A stretch of DNA of 35,931 bases from Octopus sinensis (lineage: Eukaryota), in contig NW_021826238.1 of NCBI RefSeq assembly GCF_006345805.1, positions 1-35,931 of the forward strand. Direction: 5' to 3'. Positions within the stretch are counted from its first letter, which is position 1; each line of letters starts with the position of its first letter. Made by a program: the position numbers and the translations under genes. The notes below the pieces were generated by a model, which worked only from the letters and a program-made list of their open reading frames with translations, was not told the DNA's origin and made no database searches. Shown piece by piece: positions 20,834-32,206 of this stretch.

Positions 20834-21003
20834 TCTCGGTCATTTGACTGTAGCCATGCTGGAGCACCGCCTTTTATTCTTTGTGAGCCTAGTACTTATT
20901 GTATTGGTTTCTTTTACCGAACCGCTAACTTACGGGGACGTAAACACACCAGCATCGGTTGCCAAGCAAAGATGGTGGGACAAACGCAGACACACAGACA
21001 CAT

Positions 21004-21066
<63 letters not shown>

Positions 21067-21071
21067 TACGA

Positions 21072-21073
<2 letters not shown>
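20832..21073 (-). mobile_element. SINE-A 3' half
   Basis: gtcatttgactgtagccatgctggagcaccgcc...catcggttgccaagc. Confidence 0.85.
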
Positions 21074-21109
<36 letters not shown>

Positions 21110-21112
<3 letters not shown>

Positions 21113-21555
21113 TAAATTAAATAAAACATATGCATATATATAAACATATATGTACGTACCTACCTCTACATGTACATATACACGCATATATGAGTACAGG
21201 ACACCAAAAGGACGTCGAACACAATGAGAAACGAAAACATAGACACAAACCAAAGGAACTGGACATTTTTTTAAAAACAACAAAAAATGGAGTACAGGAC
21301 AATTAACACAAAGAAAAAACCCCTTCTTCAGTCGCTATGGTTTCATCTACTCTACGTTTCGAAGGATAAAAGCGAGACGTATCTTCGACAAGAAACTTTC
21401 CTTCCTGCGAAAAGCAAATCAATTAAAATTCTGAGATCTTTTCGCAGAGGGGTAAAAAATGGTTAAAAAATGGTAAAAAAACGGTAAAAAAACAGGACAG
21501 TAACGACAGTACAAACATATAAACAGTAAAAGACAGGACAGGGAAAAACAAGATA
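21110..21555 (-). repeat. Unclassified interspersed repeat family C
   Basis: Colinear with 6985-7430. Confidence 0.8.
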
Positions 21556-21574
21556 AGACGGGCTGTTGACGCCG

Positions 21575-22171
21575 ATATCAGGGTAATAAAGATTTTAGAA
21601 ATTTTCACTTCCTCTGGCCTAGCGTGTAGAAAAATTAGTCAGTAGAAAATATATTATTCATATAAATACAGTGTATATTTAAACACATAAGAGGTATCCG
21701 TCATCGGATTCCCTTCACGCTAGAAGGAACAGCTAAAGTCGAAACCACTATTAAGGATAAAATCTCGAAGGGAATGAAAAACAAAAACATTTACCATCTA
21801 TCTCCTGGACCATGGTTTCTGACCATTTTTTAGCAAATAAAATAAATTTCTAGGCGAAGTCTTCATCAACAGGCACGCCTAGATTAAACATATAAGTACG
21901 AGGCAAATCCAGCATGTGCCTATTGCTTATACATTATAATTTTTTAAATCCACCGCGCAAGCGTAGATTTTTGTTGGCAGCAAAATATACCGGCATTTCT
22001 TCGAAAAATTTTTCAGAAAAAAATTATCAATAATTAATAATATCAGGGTAATAAAGATTATAGAAATGTTTACTACCTGTGACTTAGCGTGTAGAAAAAT
22101 TAGTCAATAGACTATATATTATTCACATAACTACAGTGTACATTTAAACACGTATGAGGTATCCGTCATCG
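21575..22171. repeat. 132-bp direct repeat pair around a 333-bp spacer
   Basis: 21575-21706 vs 22040-22171: about 15 substitutions, no indels. Confidence 0.9.
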
Positions 22172-22860
22172 ACCATTTTCATAAATATATATGCGCATAT
22201 TGTTCGTATATTGATTTATGTATATATGTATGTACTTCTATATTATTATTTTAATTTTAATATTAAATTAACAGTTAAAATCCCATGCATAAATGAGGCC
22301 CATGGGACACTTTTCAATTTAAAGAACTAATACCTTCATACGTGCATACGCGCATACGTACGTACATACATACATACATACATACATACAAATGTAGGCA
22401 CATACACATACATACATAGATAAATACATATATGTATACATACATACACACACACCTACATACATGTATACATACATGTGTACATGCATACACAAATACA
22501 TACATGCATACACATATACCCACACATACATATATACCCCTTCCGTTGTATTATATTTTTTGTTTGCTTCAGTCATTAGACTGAGGCAATGATGGGGTGC
22601 CACACAGAAGAAATTTTCTCGAAGGAGTTGACTTAGTACTTACTTTTCAAACTTGTTACTTGTTCTGTCGTTAAATCTTCTGTCGAACCGCTAAGTTACG
22701 TTCGCGTGAACCCACCAACACTGGTTTTCAAGCGGTGGCAGAGAACAAACATAAACATACTCACACAGACGCGCGCGCGCATCCCCTTTACATACACACG
22801 TTTGTTCGCTCACGCATATATATGACGGACTGCTTTGAGCTATCAAAATTCACTCTACCA

Positions 22861-23181
22861 TTGTGGTTCTCAACCCGGGTCCACATGAGACCTGAGGGTC
22901 CATATATAATTTTGGGGGGCCTACACAACAAAATAGTAGATTGGGGATCCGCAATAGTATTTTAAGGGCCCCTGAAAAAATTTTGCTATGTATTGCAAAA
23001 AACAGCTGGCTTTTACATAGACGCAGGAGTGACTGTGTGGTAAGTTGCTTGCTTACCAGCCACATGGTTCCGGGTTCAGTTCCACTGTGTGGCACCTATG
23101 GCAGGTGTCTTGTACTATAGCCTCGGGCCGACCAAAGCCTTGTCAGTGGATTTGGTAGACGGAAACTGAAATAAGCTCGTC

Positions 23182-23246
<65 letters not shown>

Positions 23247-23639
23247 GTATGTGTGTATATATTTGTGTGTCTGTTTGTCCCCTCACATAGCTTGACAACC
23301 GATGCTGGTGTGTTTCCGTCTTCGTAACTTAGCTGTTCGGCAAAAGAGACCGATAGAATAAGTACTAGGCTTACAAAGTATAAGTCCTGGGGTCGATTGC
23401 TCGACTAAAGGCGGTACTCCAGCATGGTCGCAGTCAAATGACTGAAACAAGTAAAAGAGTAAAGAGTGAAAGAGTGAGAGTCCAACCTACATAAGTTAAT
23501 GCATAAAAAACAAAAGAGGGACTTTGAAAGAAGTATCTACAGGGCTAGTTTTTAAGCATTAAATTACTATAGGGGTCCACCAGAATAAAATAGCCATCAA
23601 AGGGGTCCACAGATAAAAAAAAATGGTTGAGAACTCCTT
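22861..23639. mobile_element. hAT-superfamily MITE
   Basis: 15-bp ends ttgtggttctcaacc / ggttgagaactcctt; exact 8-bp TSD ctctacca (22853-22860, 23640-23647); repeated subterminal gggtccac motifs. Confidence 0.85.
23019..23481 (+). mobile_element. SINE-A, full length, inside the hAT MITE
   Basis: High identity to 12669-13109. Confidence 0.95.
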
Positions 23640-23938
23640 CTCTACCAAATAAACTCATGTGAAGCTTTGATTGGTCAGAGGCTAGAATAGAAGGCACTTG
23701 CTAAAGGTGCCATGGAGTGGGACTGAACCCGGAACCAGGTGGCTGGAAAACAGACTTCTTACCACACAGCCACGACATATATATATATTCATATCTGTAA
23801 AAGAGTAGGCATCCTGTAGATTTTGGCTAATTCGTATGTTTGTACCAGTATATATTGTATATTTGTTTTGTATATATGCGTGTATTCCTATATATTTGTA
23901 TGTATATGTATAAACGCAGACTCACTGATGCACCCCCC

Positions 23939-24004
23939 ACACACAGAGGAACCGACACATTATATATTAATTAATGTGATTTATGGAAGTGTGTGTGCGC
24001 GTTA

Positions 24005-24075
<71 letters not shown>

Positions 24076-24080
24076 TTATG

Positions 24081-24176
<96 letters not shown>

Positions 24177-24205
24177 CATATATATATATATACACATACA
24201 TATAT

Positions 24206-24249
<44 letters not shown>

Positions 24250-24316
24250 TTAACGCGCACACACACTTCCATAAATCACATTAATTAATATATAATGTGT
24301 CGGTTCCTCTGTGTGT
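23939..24316. repeat. Near-perfect 378-bp palindrome centred on (AT)n
   Basis: Unique arms 23939-24013 and 24241-24316 differ by one 1-nt indel. Confidence 0.95.
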
Positions 24317-24388
24317 ATATATATATACACACACACACACATATATATAATATATATATTATATATATATATATATATAATATATAAG

Positions 24389-24424
<36 letters not shown>

Positions 24425-25133
24425 TTAAATGCAGTTAATGGATGTATGTGTGTTTTGTACATTCTCAATCTCCTCTCTTTCTCTCCCTCCCTCCATCCCA
24501 CTTTCTCTCTTTCCTCCTTCTCTTTCTCGCCTTCCCACTCTCTCTCTCTCATTCTCTCTCTCTCCTTCTCTCTTTCTTTCTCACTCTCTCCATCCAACCC
24601 AACCCCCACCGTCTTTCTGCGTACGTGCTCGTATCTGTGTGCGGTTGAGTGCTCGTCCCGCGCCTGTATATGCAGACAAGAAGAAATCGTATGAGAGAAA
24701 GAAAATTTATTCTTCTCCGTGAGAACCATTAAGTGGTTGATTTACACAGCTGACCACCCTCGTACGAGAGAGACTTATCAGCGATTCGGTCAAGTTTATG
24801 TTTTGAGTCTAACGAAGCAACATAACAAAGATTCATTTCAGTGCAAATGATAAGATTTTATAGGACATCATTAAGTTTGTGATGTGTTGGGTCTGTAAAT
24901 ATACGAGTGAACTGGACAGTGGGACGGATCGAGTCGACCAACACTTGTCATCTATGAAGTCATAAAACAGAAGATAATTAATGTTAGTTTATGTTTCGCA
25001 TTCGTTGGCTGTGGGCTTGTCTCATTAGCGTTGTTATAAGCGTAAGATAATCTTTCGTACAACAACACCCACCGTATATAATACGAATACCATGCTCTCC
25101 TGACAGTCTACGACAGACATTTTTACACACGCA

Positions 25134-25135
<2 letters not shown>

Positions 25136-25178
<43 letters not shown>

Positions 25179-25561
25179 GGCACAGAGGCATACACACAGA
25201 GGCACACAAACACACACATACAGAGGCACACACACAAACACACACAAATACACACACAGAGGCATACACACAGATACACACAAACACACACACACAGGCA
25301 CACACATACAGAGGCACACACACACATACAGAGGCACACACACACACAAACACACAGTGGCACAGAGGCATACACACAGAGGCACACAAACACACACACA
25401 CACACGCACACACAGAGGCACACACACACACACAGAGGCACAGAGGCATACACACAGAGGCACACACACACACACACAGAGGCATACACACAGAGGCACA
25501 CAAACACACACACACACAGAGGCTCACACACATAGAGAGGCACACACACACACATAGAGAG

Positions 25562-25606
<45 letters not shown>

Positions 25607-25620
25607 GAGGCACACACAAA
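25136..25620. repeat. (CA)n tract punctuated by GAGG, minisatellite-like
   Basis: Recurring cacacagaggca/cagaggcata units. Confidence 0.9.
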
Positions 25621-25627
25621 TGTACAT

Positions 25628-26425
25628 CTTTTATTTTTTATTCTTTTAATTGACAGCCATTTGACTGCGGCCATACTGGGGCACTCCCTTGAAGGGTTTT
25701 AGTCGAACAAATCGACTCCTAGGACTTATATTTTTAAAGCCTAGTACATATTCTATCGGTCTCTTTTACCGCTCTTACCGAATAGCTAAGTTACAAGGAC
25801 GTAAGCACACCAACACCGGTTGTTAAGCGGTGGTGGGGACAAACACAGATATAAACACATAAACACACACACACACGCATACAGACACATATGGGATCTA
25901 TTTTTAATTAATTTTTTTTTAACTAAACAGTTTGAAACTTTGAATACTGGTAGAATTTCTCACGTAGAACACGGTTTGCTCTGAACGTTTTTGACAAAAT
26001 TTCGTATTTTAAAAGTTATTTCGTGTTAAAGTTGTCGTATTGGGGTAATTTCGACCAATTAACGACGTGTATTCTGTTGAAGAAAGCTACTGATGACCAG
26101 GAGTTGCTCCACTTCAATTACTATCGCAAACAGCAGTAACTTACTTCAACTGAATACACGTCGTTGATTGGTTGAAATTACCCAAATACGACAACTTTAA
26201 CACGAAATAACTTCTAAAATATCAAATTTTGCCTAAACCGTTCAGATAAACTGTGCTCTTCGTGAGAAATTCTACCAGTATTCGAATTTTCAAACTGTTT
26301 AGTGGAAAAAAAATTGATTAAAAAAATCTGTGGTTGAGATGGAATAAATCCTGTCCTTGTTCCTGACTGAACTTGGAACCATGTGGTCGGAAAGCAAGCT
26401 ACTTAGTACACAGCCACGCCTGCGT
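25628..26425 (-). mobile_element. SINE-A interrupted by a family F foldback (pieces 25628-25892 and about 26365-26425)
   Basis: Tail and body on the left, head ggaaccatgtgg...cacagccacgcctgc on the right; the middle is missing. Confidence 0.7.
25899..26352. mobile_element. Family F foldback, about 195-bp inverted arms
   Basis: 25899-26092 pairs with 26134-26328 across a 41-nt spacer that is itself family F sequence. Confidence 0.85.
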
Positions 26426-26938
26426 TTTTGTAAACGTATAATCAAAGATGCATTCACAGGCGCTTACGTACGCACGTACACGAAAGCAAATAGGAGAGCG
26501 AATCTGAAAAAAGTTTTGAAAAACCTTCTCTGTGGGAATATCTAGATTGAATGAGGGATTAAATGAGATTAACTTTCCATTTCGAACTTTCTTCCTGTTT
26601 GGGATCGGAGTGGGGAACATCCTTTACGTACACTAATTTATCGCTAAAGCCACACCTCGCTAGTGCCTCGTTATAATATGTACAGGCCTGTTGAAGAACT
26701 CTTTACCTGGTAACAGATTAGAGATTATTGTGTTGAATGTGTGATTAGTTTTCTAATTACAGCTAAGGTAGTGATAGCTGAAGTTTGTATGCATGAAAAA
26801 AGCTTTATTGCTCGGTGTCTGTAGATGTAAGCGAACTTGTGCTTAATCGGGAAGACTTTCGTTGTGGTGTCCTAAATGCACAGCAGGCATACGAAATATG
26901 ATGACGACGAGTACTTTTGTGTCTCGGAATGAAAGCAT

Positions 26939-27076
26939 AGGAGTGGCTGTGTGGTAAGTAGCTTGGCTTGCTTACGAACCACATGGTTCCGGGTTCAGTC
27001 CCACTGCGTGGCACTTTGGACAAAACCTTGTGAGTGGATTTGGTAGACGGAAACTGAAAGAACCCCGTCGTATATA

Positions 27077-27126
<50 letters not shown>

Positions 27127-27349
27127 TGCGTATACGTTTGTGTGTCTGTGTTTGTCCCCCAACATCGCTTGACAACCAATAGTGGTGTGCTTACGTCCCC
27201 GTAACTTAGCGGTTCGGCAAAAGAGACCGATAGAATAAGTTCTAGGCTTACAAAGAATAAGTCCTGGGATTGATTTGCTCAACTAAAGGCGGTGCTCCAG
27301 CATGGCCACGGTCAAATGAAACAAGTAAAAAATGTAAAAAGATTAAAGA
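26939..27349 (+). mobile_element. SINE-A, near full length with an internal deletion
   Basis: Colinear with 12669-13109. Confidence 0.92.
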
Positions 27350-27562
27350 GAATGAATGAAGTACTCAATGGGAATGTAGAATTAATTGTATATACTACAT
27401 TGTCCATTAAAGATAATGTGTAATTACATCATGTCTCATGTCTAGTCAAAACTAATCAATCTTCAGGGGAAGAAACAAATGATGTAGGCGTGTTATTTAC
27501 CACGGGTAGAGATATTGAATGGAAAACAAAATTTACAAAACATATATATATGAATAAAGTAT

Positions 27563-27986
27563 ACTCTTTACTCTTTTACTCTTTTACTTGTTTCAGTCAT
27601 TTGACTGCGGTCATGCTGGAGCACCGCCTTTAGTCGAGCAAATCGACCCTGGGGTTAATTCTTTTGTAAGCCCAATACTTATTCTATCGGTTCTTTTGCC
27701 GGACCGCTAAATGACGGGGACGTAAACATACCAGCATCGGTTGTCAAGCAATGCTAGAGGGACAAACATAGACACACAAACATATACACACACATACATA
27801 CATATATATATATACATATATACGACAAGCTTCTTTCAGTTTCCGTCTACCAAATCCACTCACAAGGTTTTGGTCGGCCCGAGGCTATAGCAGAAGACAC
27901 TTGCCCAAGATGCCACGCAGTGGGACTGAACCCGGAACCATGTAGTTGGTTAGCAAGCTACTTACCACACAGCCACTCCTGCGCCT
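27563..27986 (-). mobile_element. SINE-A, full length
   Basis: Colinear with 9097-9524. Flanks ataaagtata/ataagtata resemble a TSD. Confidence 0.95.
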
Positions 27987-28300
27987 ATAAGTATAAAGAT
28001 GAAATTTATAAACATCGAAGAAGTAAGTATACATCTCAAGTAGAAATGGAAATTAACGATGATATATATATCTAGAGATATATATCTAATGAATTACAAT
28101 TCAGGAATGTCAAATAACGAAAGATCTTAAAGAGCAGTAAGCAGAAAATGATCTACATTATTAATTAGAAAGATATGAGGTTGAAAATATTAGTGACTGT
28201 TAATTGATATGATAGAGCTAAGTAGTAATCCATTTATCCTTTTGAGATACAAATTGACATCCTTTTCTAAAGATTTCTGATTTTGGATTTAGAATATTTT

Positions 28301-28467
28301 CAGGAGTGGCTGTGTGGTAAGTAGCTTGCTTACCAACCACATAGTTCCGGTTTCATTTCCACTGCGAGGTACCTTGGGCAAGTGTCTTCTGCTATAGCCT
28401 CGGGCCGACCAAAGCCTTGTGAGTGGATTTGGTAGACGGAAACTGAAAGAAGCCCGTCATATATATG

Positions 28468-28530
<63 letters not shown>

Positions 28531-28757
28531 ATGTGTGTGTGTGTGTGTGTATGTGTGTTTATGTGTTTGTGTTTGCTCCCCCAACATCACTTGAGAACCG
28601 ATGGTGGTGTCTATGTCCCCGTAACCTAGCGGTTCGGCAAAATAGACCGATAGAATAAGTACTAGGCTTACAAAGAATAAGTCCTGGTGTCGATTTGCTC
28701 GACTAAAGGCGGTGCTCCAGCATGACCACAGTCAAATGACTGAAACAAGTAAAAGAG
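28301..28757 (+). mobile_element. SINE-A, full length
   Basis: Colinear with 12669-13109. Confidence 0.95.
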
Positions 28758-30817
28758 AGATGTATCATGAATTTTGTTTCTGAAACTCCGCTCAACTGTA
28801 GAAAACCAGCACCTATTAAGTTCCGCTTCTGCTTAATATTTTACATAACTTGATCTTCCATTTGATACTGAAATCAGATGCATGCGTTTCTTTATTCAAT
28901 TCCATATATAATTAAATAATTTTTTTGTTTTTTGTTTGTACTTTTCTTCTATAAATCTGAAAAAAAATTATGACCGCTGTATGTTGTTTAAATTTACCTT
29001 CCATGACATTTACCGCGTTTTCACATTATATCAAGCTAATATCAAGGTTTGTCTTAGTGGAAGTAACTTGTAACTCCATATATAGTATCTTTAGCTTTAC
29101 GTAGCTAATTGGTGAGCATTTAAAAAATTTTTTTTTACAATTTCCCTTATCCTTTGTTAATTTAGTTGGCTTACAATTTTTTCTAAGCTTTTTCACGTTA
29201 CGGTTACTGTTGTAAGTCACTTTAAAACTGCTTCTGGCAATCAATTATGAGCAACGGTAGTTGTGGGGAAAGGGTTATTAGCAATATTTCACTTTCATTT
29301 AAGAATAAGGATATATAAAACCAGATGAAGTTGCAACGGCCCTTCGTTCTACTATATTTAGGGGCACTGATTTATGTGAAGTATTATATTTTTGAACCCG
29401 CTCGCTTTTAGTGCATCATTATAATACGTATGGATGTATATGCTTATATATGTGCATGTATGTGTTTCGTTTACAAACAGGAGGAAAGGAACTCAATATC
29501 TGAAAGTAGTGTTTATTCATTTACTCGAATATATCTGTCACTATTCTAGGTTACCCTTTTCTTCACATGGGGCTAAACAAAAACAGTAGCTGAAACTTAA
29601 AGGGAGGTCAATTTTGGACCCATTAATATTTAAATAGAAAAATGTTGGTCTTGTGCTTCGCCCCAAGAGGATGTACAAAAAGCATATCAGTGCCAATATT
29701 CGTACATTTACAATTGATGCCATTTACAATTTTCGTACATATACAATGTCTGAATAAATGAGATTTTTATTGTTAGCGTTCAATTTGAACAATTTCAGGC
29801 GAACATCTGAGTGTTTCCATAGAGACAGATATATCTACAGAGGAATAAGTTCTGAGGAAGAAGGAACAGTTTTAATTTTAAAGTATATGAACGAGACTGA
29901 TATAGACTAGTGAAGAGAATGCAGGTGAATAGAATATGCAAAAATGACAATCAGTCAGAAATCAAATTAACAATTATATCCTAACTAATTATCTCAGCTG
30001 AGCAAAACTTCGAGGAACATCCACATCAATATCATCATCATGAAAAACAACAATATCAACCAGACAATCTCTTATTTAATATGTTTCTATTAAAATAGTT
30101 ATATAACACTTCTATATTTCTGTTTAGCAATATTCAGCTTTGCAGCTTTCATAACGTCTTCAGATTAAGTCATCCTAATCAGATATCTTACAATTTTAAT
30201 CAGAGAGATTAACTATACTTTAAGATGAAGTCTTAAAGATTTAAAACAATCCCAGGTAGATATCCTCTCTAAATAATTATTTTAACATCTCTTCCCATGC
30301 TACGTTTTAAAAAATTTCGAATTTATTTATAATTTTGTTATTCTGGCATCAGTTTGGAATCCTACGCAGTAAATCTAAAGCAATTTAACTCCATGCTGAG
30401 TTGAGAAACACATTTAAGTTTCTTGAAAATACCACATAACGGAAGGATATGCACAGTTTGTGGGTAGGGCTCTAAATTTAGTTTGAACCTCTTTTTTGGA
30501 TTGGTCTAAATAATATTACATCACCGATATACATGAATATTTAATATCACGAACATATTTAAAAATGCAAATATTTGCATAGCCTTCAGTATTTAGTGAT
30601 TCTTTCATCAACACTTTGGCATTTCGCTATGAAGGATGCAATCAGGCCGGAACTTGACTGGGATTGTCTCTTGTATTTGCCGGAAATAATGAATATAATA
30701 TTTCTCGTTGGGTAATGTGGAATTTAACCCATATTTAGTTCTTAAAACTCCTTATACTTAATCTAATCTATCACATGTATTAGCCAGAGTGGTGTCCTTA
30801 TCTTGGTTGTTACTTTT

Positions 30818-30860
30818 CAGTACCTTTCGGTTGTGTAAGCTCTAGTCTTCTTCAAGTGTC
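30818..30860 (-). ncRNA. Degenerate hammerhead motif (probably inactive)
   Basis: gacac-TTGAAGA-A-GACT-loop-AACC-GAAAG-GTA; homolog of 31010-31050 with broken stems. Confidence 0.45.
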
Positions 30861-31009
30861 TTGTTAGTTACTTTAGTGCCTTGCTTGGTATTGAACTCAG
30901 AACCTCTAGGTGACGGCACTACATTAACAAGTGCCTTTATACACCACTCTATGCCCGTAAGCAGTGTCAATGGTCAATTCTAGGCAAAGCACTAACATGG
31001 ATCACAAGG

Positions 31010-31050
31010 CACCTGAAAAGGGCTGGAGTGTACACAGCCGAAACGTAGTG
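31010..31050 (+). ncRNA. Minimal type I hammerhead motif, G8A variant
   Basis: cac-CTGAAAA-G-GGCT-11 nt loop-AGCC-GAAAC-GTA-gtg; 3-bp stem I. Confidence 0.6.
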
Positions 31051-31135
31051 AAAAGAACAACCAAGATGAAGACACTATTTCGAATGGTACATAATATAAA
31101 CTCTTTATCTTGGAGACATAGAATTCTAATATACC

Positions 31136-31557
31136 CTGTTGGAAATTACTGTATTCTGGGAAGGGCACATGGAGGAGGCTCTGGAAGAAAGCTTACGAAA
31201 TATAATATGTTGGTGGAACAGTGCAGAAATCAAGGCTGGAGGACGCACTGGGAGCCAACAGAAGAAGGCTACCTGGCTTTTGTGCGGTATTCACTCCCGC
31301 AAAACTGTGATTGGTCTTGGAGTTACTGGTGAAGCAAAGACAGGGTGGATATGTATTCCATCAGCAAAACTGCAGTGAATGCCACTGGATGGCTTTGAGT
31401 AAAAAATGGTAGACCAGTGGTTTGCTGTTACTAAGATGCAAGTATGGACTTGATCCCTCCCATCTTGGTCAACTGAACAAGGTATGTTGGGTTGGAGTCT
31501 GATGTTGAAAGTTCCCAGCCACGTAAGACGCCAGGAACATCACTGATAATGCATCCC
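31136..31557 (+). pseudogene. 3' end of a restriction-like-endonuclease non-LTR retrotransposon (HERO-like)
   Basis: Joining frames gives LLEITVFWEGHMEEALE / RKLTKYNMLVEQCRNQGWRTHWEPTEEG / LGVTGEAK, matching the ELTVPWE..RK..KY..L..GW...PIEVG pattern. The 3' UTR contains gtctgatgttgaaag...acatcactgat. Confidence 0.8.
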
Positions 31558-31628
31558 AGACTATCCGTGGAATGTGTCTTGAAATTAGATATTATATACG
31601 CGCGCGCGCACACACATACACACATATA

Positions 31629-31777
31629 TTCTTTTATTCTTTTACTTGTTCCAGTCATATGACTGCAGCCATGCTGGAGCACCGCCTTTAGTTGAAAGAA
31701 TGATCCCAGGACTTATTCATTGTAAGCCTAGTACTTAATTTATCGGTCCCTTTTACCGAACTGCTAAGTTACGGGGA
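31629..31777 (-). mobile_element. SINE-A 3' fragment
   Basis: Reverse complement of about 32033-32175. Confidence 0.9.
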
Positions 31778-31792
31778 GATATACATGTGTGT

Positions 31793-32174
31793 GAGTGGCT
31801 GTGAGTGGCTGTGTGGTAAGTAGCTTGCTTACCAGCCACATGGTTCTGGGTTCAGTCCCACTGCGTGGCATCTTGGGCAAGTGTCTTCTGCTATAGCCTC
31901 GGGCCGACCAAAGCATTGTGAGTGCATTTGGTAGACGGAAACTGAAAGAAGCCCGTCGTATATATGTATATATATATATGTGTGTGTTTGTCCCCCTAGC
32001 ACTGCTTGACAACCGATGCTGGTGTGTTTATGTCCCCGTCACTTAGCGGTTCGGCAAAAGAGACCGATAGAATAAGTACTGGGCTTACAAAGAATAAGTC
32101 CCGGGGTCGAGTTGCTCGACAAAAGGCGGTGCTCCAGCATGGCCGCAGTCAATTGACTGAAACAAGTAAAAGAG

Positions 32175-32175
<1 letters not shown>
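31793..32175 (+). mobile_element. SINE-A, full length, with a duplicated 10-bp head gagtggctgt
   Basis: Colinear with 12669-13109. Confidence 0.95.

Positions 32176-32206
<31 letters not shown>

Larger units (their letters stand above)
22552..23773 (-). mobile_element. Old SINE-A split by a hAT MITE (pieces 22552-22860 and 23640-23773)
   Basis: The left piece is the diverged tail and body; the right piece continues into the head (gggactgaacccggaacc...cttaccacacagccac). Confidence 0.75.

Noticed and set aside
26764-26832. Acceptor ctaattacag with donor at|gtaagc as an exon
   Set aside because: All three frames contain a stop before the donor.
29541-29723. 60-aa non-repetitive minus-strand ORF
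   Set aside because: No recognisable motif; its length is within chance for AT-rich DNA.
29799-29924. Exon candidate ending cag|gtgaat before a 73-nt intron
   Set aside because: Stops in all three frames.
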